Origin: a virus | Reading direction: 5' to 3' (one strand) | DNA: 64,000 bases | IMG/VR virus record: IMGVR_UViG_3300030110_004856 | Coordinates: 1-64,000 of that record | In this document: piece after piece, positions 45,141 through 54,847 of the stretch | How the letters are laid out: each line of letters starts with the position of its first letter | Numbering within the stretch: position 1 is the stretch's first letter | Translations under genes and position numbers: made by a program | Notes under the pieces: generated by a model | What the model was told of the DNA's origin: nothing | The model's input: the letters and a program-made list of their open reading frames with translations, nothing else | The model's database searches: none

Positions 45141-46685
45141 ATGACTAATTCTTTTAAATCTGAGTTCATTCACCTCAGTGACAACGAGCCAATGGTGCTC
45201 AAAGTCTCTGCTCTGACTGACTTTCTTTGGTCAGACTACGTAAGGGATTCAGCTCCTCGCGTTAAGTACCTGACTTCTCACTACGACATCCGCAAGCTCA
45301 GTCGGTTTGGAAAGGAGTTGTTCGAAGCTTTGTACCAAGCAGAAAATCTCAGCCCAGTTATCTCACTGCAAGATGCTGAAGATTACTTTCGAGCTACTCA
45401 AAACGGAGAAGAACTTGAAGCTCCTGCTAATTACAAACCAGAGAATGCCTTCTGGATTGGTCTCTTGCAGGACGTGATGAACTCTCCTGGGTGGGGAATG
45501 ATTGCACCCATTTGCTACGGCAACCAGTTCAACTCTGGCAACAACGCCATCAGTATTCTCAACAAGCTTTCTGAATTGATCGATGAGTCAATCAACAACA
45601 GAGAGCTAGATCCCACAGCGTTGGGTGAAGCAGTAGATGAACTCAACGAATTGCGTAGACAGTTCGTGGAGGCGAAGAAGCAAGGAGACTTCCAGAAAGC
45701 GAAGGAACTCAGAGAGAAAGGCAAACAACTCGGTAAGAATATCGAGGAGTACCACAATAAGATGAGAGAGCAGATGCGTCCTGAGATTCAGGAAGCTGTC
45801 GACAAGGCTGCAGATGAAGCTCAACAAATCAACAAGGCGATGAGCCAGCTAGCTGGCGATCAAGCAGGGAACCACCAGCGTCAGAGTGTCGAGGAGAAGC
45901 AGCAACTCGCGAATCGTTTACGCAACAACAAAAAGCTTCTCGCCCTTGCCAATCGCCTTGGTGCCCTTCGTCGTACATGGAACCAGCGCAAGCGAGCAAG
46001 GAAAGGTAAAGCTAACTATTCGGACATCGTTGGAGTGAAGTTCGCTGACTCAGTGCCTCAAGCATTCCCTACCGAACTAGCACTGGCTGCCACGCCTGAG
46101 GGGAGGGCACTCTTTGCGATGAAGTACAACCAAAAGACAATCCTTTGCAAAGACTACGAAGCTCAAGTCAAGAACCTGGACAAGGGACCGATCATGATGT
46201 TCGTCGACATCTCTGGTTCGATGCAGGGTGATTCGGAGCTTTGGAGCAAAGCCATGGCTCTTGTCGTTGCAGAGGAAGCAGTCAAACAGAAACGTCCAGT
46301 ACACCTCGCTCTCTTTGACACACGCATAAAGAAGCACTTCATCTTTGATCCAGCATCGACAGACAAGGACAACCTCCTTAACTTCTGTCTCTCCTGGTCA
46401 TGTGACGGAGGAACCTCATTTAGCTCTGTGTTGAGTTACGCGATGGAAAACTTGGACCACTCTTCACGCGCTGACATCCTGCTAATCACAGACGGTCACG
46501 ACAATGTGAGCGAAGACTTACTGCAAGATTTTCACGAATGGAAGCAACTGTCAGGTGTGGAAATGAATTGTTTTTGTATCGGAGATATGAGTATCAACTT
46601 ACGATTGTTTGCAGACGATATCCGGGAAGTCGATGTCCACAACGATGCCGAGTCGTCTGATCTATTCCAAGACGTTCTTCTGTAA
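45141..46685 (+). CDS. VWA-domain protein (ViaA-like)
   Basis: KGPIMMFVDISGSMQG (MIDAS DxSxS), GGT.F, ADILLITDG. Confidence 0.92.
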   Translation: MTNSFKSEFIHLSDNEPMVLKVSALTDFLWSDYVRDSAPRVKYLTSHYDIRKLSRFGKELFEALYQAENLSPVISLQDAEDYFRATQNGEELEAPANYKPENAFWIGLLQDVMNSPGWGMIAPICYGNQFNSGNNAISILNKLSELIDESINNRELDPTALGEAVDELNELRRQFVEAKKQGDFQKAKELREKGKQLGKNIEEYHNKMREQMRPEIQEAVDKAADEAQQINKAMSQLAGDQAGNHQRQSVEEKQQLANRLRNNKKLLALANRLGALRRTWNQRKRARKGKANYSDIVGVKFADSVPQAFPTELALAATPEGRALFAMKYNQKTILCKDYEAQVKNLDKGPIMMFVDISGSMQGDSELWSKAMALVVAEEAVKQKRPVHLALFDTRIKKHFIFDPASTDKDNLLNFCLSWSCDGGTSFSSVLSYAMENLDHSSRADILLITDGHDNVSEDLLQDFHEWKQLSGVEMNCFCIGDMSINLRLFADDIREVDVHNDAESSDLFQDVLL

Positions 46686-47114
46686 ATGACTGCCCCCACG
46701 GCTGAAGCACTAAAAGACGTGCTGACGATTGCAGCTAAATACAAAACACTTCAGGAAGTTCCCATGACCCTCCTTGAATGGATTTCTGACATCATCATTG
46801 CTGAGCTGTTTGATCCAGACCGTCATCCAAACGTCGCTGTCTTCGAAGCAAAAGATGCAAAGCTCTCTTACTTCCCACACCTCCACACCTTTAACATCCT
46901 TATCTATACAACCGACAAAGGGAACGCAAGAGAAGTGTCTCTACCCCTCAGCGTGGCTCTTGAAGAGACGATTGGTTGTAGCGACGTACTAGAAGCAAAG
47001 AAGAATCTTAAATTTATGAAGTCTGATTGCGGTTCAATAGCTCAAGAGATGCAGACTAGGATAAACAATGCGCTGTATATCCATTCACGCACTTGGAAAA
47101 TATTTGATTGTTAG
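46686..47114 (+). CDS. hypothetical protein, last gene of operon
   Basis: abuts VWA stop. Confidence 0.7.
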   Translation: MTAPTAEALKDVLTIAAKYKTLQEVPMTLLEWISDIIIAELFDPDRHPNVAVFEAKDAKLSYFPHLHTFNILIYTTDKGNAREVSLPLSVALEETIGCSDVLEAKKNLKFMKSDCGSIAQEMQTRINNALYIHSRTWKIFDC

Positions 47115-47124
47115 TTCTGCCCTG

Positions 47125-47153
47125 TTGCATCAATGAATTTGTTTCACTATAAA
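47125..47153 (+). promoter_or_regulatory. sigma70-like promoter
   Basis: TTGCAT-N17-TATAAA. Confidence 0.55.
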
Positions 47154-47173
47154 GGTGCAGCTCTTTCATTCAA

Positions 47174-47956
47174 ATGCAGATCCTTTACAAGCTAGGGAGT
47201 CTCGACCTAGACAAGCATGAAGTGAAGACTCTTTTGTCTCACGCAACAGATGAGATCTCAATCACAGTTGATCTCAAAAAGCATCTCCGAGGACTGGACT
47301 CCAAAGCTCTCTTCGCTGAGGCAGTAGAAGCAAAGGACACTCGTCTAGCCACGCTGGCAGCCAAGCTGGCAATGGAAGGTGGCCGGAAGTTCAACCCTGC
47401 TAGGAAACGTAGTTATAGGAAGACGGGTGAAAAATCTGTCCTTCACGCCAAGATCATTGACCAGGACCCTTTTGAGTCACTGGAGGAGATTCTGAGCAAA
47501 AACTCTCTGAAGAACGTTGGTGCTGCAATGATCCTCAACTCTCTGGAGGATGGAGACCGTCGATCACTTCGCGAGATTGCAGAAGATGTCGTCAACCATA
47601 TGGAGAAGTTCAGTCACAACTCACCTGATGATTCTCCTCGTCTCTTCCGTGGTTTCGAGAAGACGCGCCATGGGTTCATCGCTCTCATGAAGCCACAAAA
47701 GAAAGGTCAGTGCCAGTACCACCACGCTCCTGTCTACACCGCACTGCGTGACGGTCTCAAATACTTGGCCACTGTTGGTTTGGTAGACATCAAGAGCGAG
47801 AAGACATACGGTGCTCTAGACAAGAAGAAGAACAATAACGCAGGCCATCTCCATCGCAATGTGTATACCATCGCGCTTAGCAAAGGTGGTATGACTCTGA
47901 TGCGTAACTGGAACGACAGTGACGATTACATCAGCGGCTTCTGGAAACAGCGGTAG
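47174..47956 (+). CDS. hypothetical protein, possible winged helix
   Basis: 260 aa; 'RSLREIA...LRDGLKYL...GLV...YTIALSKGG'. Confidence 0.7.
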   Translation: MQILYKLGSLDLDKHEVKTLLSHATDEISITVDLKKHLRGLDSKALFAEAVEAKDTRLATLAAKLAMEGGRKFNPARKRSYRKTGEKSVLHAKIIDQDPFESLEEILSKNSLKNVGAAMILNSLEDGDRRSLREIAEDVVNHMEKFSHNSPDDSPRLFRGFEKTRHGFIALMKPQKKGQCQYHHAPVYTALRDGLKYLATVGLVDIKSEKTYGALDKKKNNNAGHLHRNVYTIALSKGGMTLMRNWNDSDDYISGFWKQR

Positions 47957-47977
47957 ACTGAAAGCGGAGTATGCTTC

Positions 47978-48008
47978 GAGCGGTTCTGGAGGGGGCCGCT
48001 CTTTTTTT
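47978..48008 (+). terminator. intrinsic terminator hairpin abutting HNH start
   Basis: GAGCGGTTCT-loop-GGGGCCGCTC-T7, then ATG at 48009. Confidence 0.8.
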
Positions 48009-48530
48009 ATGGCAAAGCATCTACCTATTCCCACTGACATCGGTGACTACCTGGAGGTCGATCGCAGCATCCCTTCTGGTCTGCGGTGGAAAGTCTCACG
48101 AGGAAGGGTAAGAGCAGGACAACCGGCTTGCTTCCTTTACTATTGGAAACCTGTTTTATATGCGGTCAGGTTCAGAAAAAAGACATATCTTTCTCATCGA
48201 GTAATTTTCTTTCTTGAGACTGGGCAAGACCCAGGAGACCTAGAAATAGACCATCAGAACCACGGCGATAACAGGGATGAATTACGCCTAGTCACTAGGC
48301 GTCAGAACAGTATGAACATCCGCATACCAAAAAGAAACCAGTCAGGTTTCAAAGGAGTGTCTTGGGCAAGAAAAGAATCAAAGTGGAGAGCCCGGATCGT
48401 CGTTAGCTACAGGAAGAAACATCTGGGTTATTTCGACAGTCGCCTCGATGCCGCGTGGGCGTACAACCAAGCAGCTATTGAATACTACGGCGAGTTCGCT
48501 AAGCTCAACGTGCTACTAGTCCAGCTCTGA
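48009..48530 (+). mobile_element. HNH-AP2 homing endonuclease
   Basis: HRVIF, IDH.N..DN...LR.VT..QN, SGFKGV.W...KWRARI...LGYF...AA.AYN.AA (AP2). Confidence 0.9.
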
Positions 48531-48540
48531 TTCTTATCAA

Positions 48541-50451
48541 ATGGCACACACTGTCTCGTACATCGTCGCTGACGATGCAGCTCTTGCAGCACTTACAGAG
48601 CTAGAGAACTTTCCTAAGGTCTGTTTAGATCTTGAGACGACAGGTCTAGATGCAAGGATTGCTCGCCCACGCCTGGTGCAGCTGTGTGACTCATCCCCAC
48701 AGGCTGAGAGTCGTGTCGTCTATGTTTTCGACTTGTTCAAAGTTTCCGAGGATGTAACCAGCAAACTGCTCGCCCTCATCGAGAGCAGGGAAATGTTGAT
48801 TGGGCACAACCTCTACTTTGATTTGCAGTTCCTGCTGGCTATGGGACTGGACTACAAAGGCAAGATTTTCTGCACGATGATCGCAGAAAGATGCCTTCGA
48901 GCCGGATTTAAAGAAAAGAAATTCAGCCCCAAAATCCAGAAGGCTTATTTTGCAGACATATCCAACAGCCTCAAGGCAGTAGCAGAAAGACGACTTGACC
49001 TTGAGCTAGATAAAAGTCAGCAGGTAAGTGACTGGTCGAAGGAAGAACTCGACACTGAACAGGTGGAATACGCAGCTGGTGACGTAGCAATTCTTCCACA
49101 GATTGCATCGCTTCAACTCGCCGAACTTACAGAAGAGAACCTTCTCCCCGTCTTTGGTTTGGAGAGTAAAATCATCAGCACTGTCGCTAAGATGTCATAT
49201 ACAGGCTTTAATGTAGATGTCACTAAGCTGAAAGCATTAGAAGCTAGGATCAAACAGGAACTTGACGAACTCACTACACTATTTTGTGAAGACCTTGATC
49301 GCAGGTTGCCAGATGAATCCAAACTCTCGCGAGACATATCTGGAGCTATTTCAGTCTCAAAGAATGCGCGAAAAGGGTTTAACCCTGGATCCGGTGCCCA
49401 AGTCCTCAAGTGCTTCGACGCAATCGGAATTGAGACGCCTCGAAGTATTACATCTGGAAAACCAACGCTGTCTCAGGTAGAGCTAGCAGAATTTAATAGT
49501 CAAGATGAAACACTCCTCCTCTACAGAAAAAGAACGAAAGTCGAAACGAAGCTTGGGCACGTTCAAAAGCTTCTTGATAACATTCATCCTCTCAGTGGAC
49601 GTATACATTCTGGCTATCGTCAGTACGGGAGTAATAGCGGGCGTTTCACTAGTTCAGGCAGTAAACGAGTCGCTGCCTCAAAAGTCAAAAGTGAATTTGC
49701 AATAAACTGTCAGCAGGTTCCACGAGAGAAAGCATTCAGAGAGTGCTTCGTTGCCACGCCTGGATTCAAACTTGTCGTCTGTGATTTCAGCCAAATCGAA
49801 CTGCGTCTAGGTGCAGAACTCATTCCTATCCCGCAAATGCTGAACGCATTCCTTGACGGGAAAGACTTACACACGGTTACTGCAAGTCTGATTTACCAAT
49901 GCGACTTCAATGAAGTCACAAAAGAACAGAGACAGAGTGGAAAAACTATGAACTTTGCCTTGTTATACGGAATGGGTTATAAAAAATATAGAACATACAG
50001 TGCACAGAGCGGTACAGTTCTCTCCTACTCGGAAGCTAAACTTGAACACGCTGCTTTCCATAGAGCTTATCCAGCGTTGAAGAGCTGGCACAAGAATATG
50101 GCTGATTTAGTCTCCGATGGCTGGACATATAGCAGAACAGCTACAGGAAGAAGGAGATTGCTGAGTTACGACGACGCCTCGATGATGGTTGCCTGTAACA
50201 ACATCATTCAAGGAGCTGGAGCTGACATTTTAAAAATCGCTTTGTCTTACCTCGTCGAGCACTTAAACGATGAGTGCAGGCTTATTGCCTGTGTTCATGA
50301 TGAAATTGTAATCGAGGCTAAAGAACACAAAGTTGATCATTACAGAGCAATTCTGGAAGACTGCATGAAGCGAGGTGGCGAAAAAATCTTGAAAGAAGTA
50401 CCAGTATTGGCTGACGCTGCTACAGGAAACAACTGGGCAGAAGCAAAATAA
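48541..50451 (+). CDS. polA: family A DNA polymerase with 3'-5' exonuclease
   Basis: DLETTG, HNLYFD, YAAGD; DFSQIELR, RQSGKTMNFALLYG (Phe at the 762-equivalent), VHDE. Confidence 0.97.
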   Translation: MAHTVSYIVADDAALAALTELENFPKVCLDLETTGLDARIARPRLVQLCDSSPQAESRVVYVFDLFKVSEDVTSKLLALIESREMLIGHNLYFDLQFLLAMGLDYKGKIFCTMIAERCLRAGFKEKKFSPKIQKAYFADISNSLKAVAERRLDLELDKSQQVSDWSKEELDTEQVEYAAGDVAILPQIASLQLAELTEENLLPVFGLESKIISTVAKMSYTGFNVDVTKLKALEARIKQELDELTTLFCEDLDRRLPDESKLSRDISGAISVSKNARKGFNPGSGAQVLKCFDAIGIETPRSITSGKPTLSQVELAEFNSQDETLLLYRKRTKVETKLGHVQKLLDNIHPLSGRIHSGYRQYGSNSGRFTSSGSKRVAASKVKSEFAINCQQVPREKAFRECFVATPGFKLVVCDFSQIELRLGAELIPIPQMLNAFLDGKDLHTVTASLIYQCDFNEVTKEQRQSGKTMNFALLYGMGYKKYRTYSAQSGTVLSYSEAKLEHAAFHRAYPALKSWHKNMADLVSDGWTYSRTATGRRRLLSYDDASMMVACNNIIQGAGADILKIALSYLVEHLNDECRLIACVHDEIVIEAKEHKVDHYRAILEDCMKRGGEKILKEVPVLADAATGNNWAEAK

Positions 50452-50482
50452 TCTGTATAATCATATCAGCATATAACCACAC

Positions 50483-51046
50483 GTGGAAATCACCAATATC
50501 CCTTTCGAAAAAGAGATCTTTACCGCTAAAACAGAGCTTGGTTTTGTAGGTTGCTGCAGGATTGATCAAGGAATTGCTTTTACATCAGAGTCGTTCCCTA
50601 AAGCTCTGGTAGCTGCCAACGCCGCAAGAAGACTCAAAAAGGAGCTAGGGAATAACACTAAACAAACACTACCTGCGTCACCTTCAGTCAAGAAACAACC
50701 CACGGCTCCTAAAAAACCTGCTGCAACTGTTACCTCTCCTAAACATAAAAAGAAGAAAGCAACACAAAAAAGCAGGAAATCCTATGTTGGGACCTTATAC
50801 ACGAGCGAAGAAGTAGAGTCAATGCCCCTCCTTCGCTTCCAAGAAGTCTGGGTGATAACCAGATACGAAGACTACGTATCAGATGCGTTAAATCATGAAA
50901 AGAAACGCTTAGTAGCGTACTGTCAAGGTAAGGAACAAGCTAAACCTTTTGGGTGTCACGACGAGGCTAAGAGAGTTATGCGTGTACTAAAAGGATGTGT
51001 GGGACCAGGATTCAACCTGCAAAGGTTTTTCGTCAGGACAGATTAA
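50483..51046 (+). CDS. hypothetical basic protein
   Basis: two small domains joined by Lys/Pro linker. Confidence 0.7.
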   Translation: MEITNIPFEKEIFTAKTELGFVGCCRIDQGIAFTSESFPKALVAANAARRLKKELGNNTKQTLPASPSVKKQPTAPKKPAATVTSPKHKKKKATQKSRKSYVGTLYTSEEVESMPLLRFQEVWVITRYEDYVSDALNHEKKRLVAYCQGKEQAKPFGCHDEAKRVMRVLKGCVGPGFNLQRFFVRTD

Positions 51047-51083
51047 GACTGTTAAAGTGGAGAACAAAGGCGACACTTAGGGA

Positions 51084-52397
51084 ATGACTTCCTCCAGCGC
51101 TACTCGGCCTAGATCTCCTAGAACTCTGCAGGAACTGCTAGCAGGAGAAGACCGGGAATCGATTGATTCAAATGCATTTAATCAGGTAGCTTCTAGTCCA
51201 ACTAGTAGTGCTCCATCACCTGGCAGCAGCAATCTGAGCACGATTGCGGATCAACTGAACAGTCAGAGAGAACAAGAAAATGCATCCAGATTAGAGGGTG
51301 CTACTGACGAGCAGATTCGTCAAGACATCGATCGTTTTGCTGGCGATCGTTATCAAGACGTAAAAACTGCCACAAGTGGTGCTACTCCACAAGCTGCATC
51401 GAGTACAACCACACCTGCTGGTCAGGTGGCTGCTGAAGAAGGCTCAAATACAAAATTAGGACTAGAAACGGTAGATCCTGGTCCTTTTCAGTCGGGACGA
51501 ACAGGTAGTGCTGTAACTTCCACAGGTACAGATGAGTACTTCTCTGCTCTATACCCCCGGTATGTCAGAGAGGATACTGTAATGGGTTACGGAGCTAACT
51601 TCCCTGGTGCACAGGTTGGTGGAAGCAATCCTTATAAAGAAACCACTACTGAGTATCTGGGCACACCACTTCCTCCCGTCAACACTACCCCAGTTGATCC
51701 TGGTCCTGGTCCTGGCCCCGGCCCTGGTCCCGGTCCTACTCCTGGAGTAACACCTCCTAAAAAAGCGGACCAATTTTTAGAAAGAACTCTTCGCTCGTTT
51801 ATCGGGGATCAAGCTGGTGAAGTGGATACCATTGGTGCTCGCGGCATCGGTGAGTATATGGGTTATTACGGCGACAAGTTCGGCGGTAACGAAGAAATTC
51901 TCGCGAAGGCACGTCAAGAAGGAATCAAGTTTGGTCCCACCGCCGCTACAACGCTTGGAATCAATGTTGATACTGATTCTGCTCGTGGTCCTGAGGGTCC
52001 TGGAGGTTCCACTCCAGGTGCGATTGGTCTTTCCGCAGTCAATCGATTGCGCGATCGTGGTCTGAGCGACACTGCTATTAGACAGTTTGCTCAGGAGCAG
52101 GGTATGCAATACGGACCTGAAGCTTTGAAATCTCTCAACGCTGACGCAAGCTTTGCTTATCAACCCCCAGCTCCGGCAGCTCCTGCAGCACCAGCACCTT
52201 CACAAGGTGCTATGGACATCTACAACGCTTTTCAGGCAGGCCAGCAAAATGTACCTGACTCCTCGAAAGGTGGACAAGGTATTGGTGAAGCTGGACTGGA
52301 ACGGATGGCAGCCGGTCAGAATATCTCCTTCTCAGAAGCAAGAAGGAGAGCCGAAGCAGCAGGAATGGTTATTGGAGAACGCGCTCGGAATCGATGA
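51084..52397 (+). CDS. low-complexity protein with (PG)n linker and three IGL/FGP repeats
   Basis: PGPGPGPGPGPGP; three ~42-aa repeats. Confidence 0.8.
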   Translation: MTSSSATRPRSPRTLQELLAGEDRESIDSNAFNQVASSPTSSAPSPGSSNLSTIADQLNSQREQENASRLEGATDEQIRQDIDRFAGDRYQDVKTATSGATPQAASSTTTPAGQVAAEEGSNTKLGLETVDPGPFQSGRTGSAVTSTGTDEYFSALYPRYVREDTVMGYGANFPGAQVGGSNPYKETTTEYLGTPLPPVNTTPVDPGPGPGPGPGPGPTPGVTPPKKADQFLERTLRSFIGDQAGEVDTIGARGIGEYMGYYGDKFGGNEEILAKARQEGIKFGPTAATTLGINVDTDSARGPEGPGGSTPGAIGLSAVNRLRDRGLSDTAIRQFAQEQGMQYGPEALKSLNADASFAYQPPAPAAPAAPAPSQGAMDIYNAFQAGQQNVPDSSKGGQGIGEAGLERMAAGQNISFSEARRRAEAAGMVIGERARNR

Positions 52398-52507
52398 CAA
52401 TATTGTTAGCGGCGATGGTGACCACGTGGGTCACAGTGTTTGCTGCAATGTTATGGAATAGTAGACCTGCGTCTGCTAAACATAAACATAGTGTTGACGT
52501 GAACTAA
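52394..52507 (+). CDS. 37-aa membrane peptide (not in ORF track)
   Basis: ATGA overlap; MTILLAAMVTTWVTVFAAMLWNSR... Confidence 0.5.
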   Translation: MTILLAAMVTTWVTVFAAMLWNSRPASAKHKHSVDVN

Positions 52508-52544
52508 GCCCTAGTTAGATTAATCCGAAGCTCTGAGAGTACTC

Positions 52545-52742
52545 ATGACCGTAGGTGCATCTGTTTTACTGTCGTCATTTATTGGCGAGAAAGGCACACC
52601 GGGTATGATTGGCCTGGAGGCACTCAATCGTGCTCGTACTTGGGGATACACCGAGGATATGATCAAATCCATGCTTGCTGAAGAGAAGCTTGGTCTTGGC
52701 TGGAAAGCAGCAGCGAGCCTGAACGGAATCGAAGTTGAATGA
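52545..52742 (+). CDS. stand-alone IGL/FGP-domain protein
   Basis: homologous to repeats of 51084..52397. Confidence 0.75.
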   Translation: MTVGASVLLSSFIGEKGTPGMIGLEALNRARTWGYTEDMIKSMLAEEKLGLGWKAAASLNGIEVE

Positions 52743-53283
52743 GAATTACACACTGATCGGATTTAGAAACAAGAAGACTAGATCCATCGGTGTTGTAGCT
52801 AACGACAGCAACCACGCTCAAGCTCAGGCTCTAGACATCAGTCGCGCACTTGGGCTGGAGCGTTTCACACTGGATTACAAACAGAAAAGTGTGGAAGATC
52901 CAGTCAGCAAGCTTTTCTGCGACCTCGCATACAATAACTTCAGTCACTCAGTTTGTTACGAGTGGGAAGGGTCTTACACAAACAGCTCTCCAGTGCTGTA
53001 TGCGTTTGGTTCTCGCTTGTACCTTAGGAACCTCATACTCGATTACATGGATATCAGAAAGGACAGTGTTGTCAAGACTGAGTGCAATAATAAAGAATGT
53101 GTTAACCCATACCACTTCTCATATAAGACAGACAAAGCATCGAAATTAACTGGCGGGGACAAGAGAATGCTGTTAGCTTTCCATAGCCAAGGCGCTTCTG
53201 TCTCGCAGATTGCCAAGGCACTAAACGTACACCGATCTACCGTCTACCGAAATCTCAATGAACATCTTCATGCTGGGCCTTAG
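52735..53283 (+). CDS. degenerate His-Cys-box/HNH-like domain plus C-terminal HTH
   Basis: CYEWEG...CNNKECVNPYH; VSQIAKALNVHRSTVYR. Confidence 0.75.
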   Translation: MNENYTLIGFRNKKTRSIGVVANDSNHAQAQALDISRALGLERFTLDYKQKSVEDPVSKLFCDLAYNNFSHSVCYEWEGSYTNSSPVLYAFGSRLYLRNLILDYMDIRKDSVVKTECNNKECVNPYHFSYKTDKASKLTGGDKRMLLAFHSQGASVSQIAKALNVHRSTVYRNLNEHLHAGP

Positions 53284-53905
53284 GGTCACAGACACTGCCC
53301 AAGAGCAGGAAGGTCTAGTCGATCTTATTACTGAAGCGCTACCTTCAAGCGACAAAAAAATCCCCACAAAAGTCCAACTCCTGGACAAACCGGGTAGCTA
53401 CGTAGCTAACCAGCTGAAAAAATTTCAGGAGGGCGACCACATCCTTGCTATCGGGCCAACCAAACCCATTGCAGATGGTGAAGGTCTCAAAATGAAACCC
53501 ATGATGGTTGTCACTAGAGAAACCTTCGACGACATCCTTGCCATGAACATGTTTATGGCCACAGGTGGTTTGGGTCCGAAAGCTGATGAAGTCCAGCTTG
53601 GAGACAACACTGTCACTAATCGCTCGATCGCTTGGCAGGATGAGGACCAAGAAACTCAGTGGTTCAAACTCACAGCCTGGGGTGAAAAAAGCAAACAACT
53701 CTCGGAGTTGCCCCCTGGAACCCCGACTGTCGCAGTAGGCAAGGTCTCCTGTTCCTCAAAGGAGGACAAGCAATTCCTTAACTATTCAGTGGATAAAGTG
53801 CTTTATCTGCCACGTGGCTCGAAGCCAACCCCTAAGAAAGCTGCTGACCCTGACAAGGGAAAAGTAGCTGCCGCTGCTCTCGGAACTGTTGACTTTAAGT
53901 TCTGA
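53258..53905 (+). CDS. ssb: single-stranded DNA-binding protein (tandem OB folds)
   Basis: ETQWFKLTAWG...L..G..V..G motif, duplicated fold, ends DFKF. Confidence 0.75.
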   Translation: MNIFMLGLRVTDTAQEQEGLVDLITEALPSSDKKIPTKVQLLDKPGSYVANQLKKFQEGDHILAIGPTKPIADGEGLKMKPMMVVTRETFDDILAMNMFMATGGLGPKADEVQLGDNTVTNRSIAWQDEDQETQWFKLTAWGEKSKQLSELPPGTPTVAVGKVSCSSKEDKQFLNYSVDKVLYLPRGSKPTPKKAADPDKGKVAAAALGTVDFKF

Positions 53906-53941
53906 TCCCGATCCTTTCTTTTACCTTCCTACAACCAACTC

Positions 53942-54763
53942 ATGCCGTACATCGCTGGAAAATTCGACGCTGACGAAATCCTTTGTCAAGTACCGCCCCA
54001 CACCTTACGAGTCGATCTTCAGGCTCGTCGTTGGAAATCCGATAACGATCCTGACCAGGCCATCATCGACTCGAACGATAATGGTATCCCGATTGAGTTC
54101 ATCCTTCTCGGGTTTACTCCGTTCTTTGGGAACCTGGGGATGCGTTCTCACGAGGAGTTCATTCGTATTGCTTACATTGGTGTTAGCCCTACCCATCGCT
54201 TGCTCCCTAAGCGTTGTGTATCTACTAGCATCATTAGTGGTAAGTCTTCTCAGAAGAACTTTATCTCTTATTTCCACACGCTCTACAACAACAGGATCAA
54301 CGTCGCGGAAGTAGTTACTTCTACTAGGTTCTTGCAAAAGAGCTTTAACGAGACCGATCCCACCACGGGTGAAGACAAAGGTAAGATCAACTACAACGTG
54401 TTGGAGTTCAAAGATCGCCCTGTCTCCGGTAAAGAAGAAGAGCAACTTGTCAAAGACATTGAGAAGTGGCTCGAAGGCGATGGTGGAAACTTGGTGGGAG
54501 CTGCACTTAAGAGTAATATCTCCGGCAGCAATCTCATTGAGCTTCCTATTGGAGCAGACATCGCTGCGCTTAAGGAAGCTTTCATCGAAGCAAACCCGAA
54601 GCGTGTAGATGGAATGCAGATGGGCGGTCTGACTTCCTTGCCTGCTGGAGCTGGTGTAGCCGGTAAAGCACTGAACCCAGTGCCTGAGGCTAAGGTCGAG
54701 AAACCTAAAGAACTTACGGAAGAACAGAAAGCAGCGATCAAAGCTGCTGGTTTGGAGGTATGA
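53942..54763 (+). CDS. conserved replication-module protein of unknown function
   Basis: 273 aa, biased codons, downstream of ssb. Confidence 0.75.
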   Translation: MPYIAGKFDADEILCQVPPHTLRVDLQARRWKSDNDPDQAIIDSNDNGIPIEFILLGFTPFFGNLGMRSHEEFIRIAYIGVSPTHRLLPKRCVSTSIISGKSSQKNFISYFHTLYNNRINVAEVVTSTRFLQKSFNETDPTTGEDKGKINYNVLEFKDRPVSGKEEEQLVKDIEKWLEGDGGNLVGAALKSNISGSNLIELPIGADIAALKEAFIEANPKRVDGMQMGGLTSLPAGAGVAGKALNPVPEAKVEKPKELTEEQKAAIKAAGLEV

Positions 54764-54769
54764 TTCGCA

Positions 54770-54841
54770 AGCGCCAGGGGTTTCATGAACGGCCCCATTC
54801 AACACCCTTCCTCTAAGGATGGCGCTGTAAAAAGTAGAGGA
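54770..54841 (+). ncRNA. candidate pseudoknotted three-way-junction RNA element
   Basis: AGCGCCA/TGGCGCT, GGGGTT/GGCCCC, CCTT/AAGG; loop TCCTCTA complementary to TAGAGGA. Confidence 0.45.
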
Positions 54842-54847
54842 TGAACT

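Noticed and set aside
54770-54846. HDV-like ribozyme (loop TCCTCTA resembles L3)
   Set aside because: No P1.1 GG after P1 and no convincing P2/J4-2; kept only as a generic structured element
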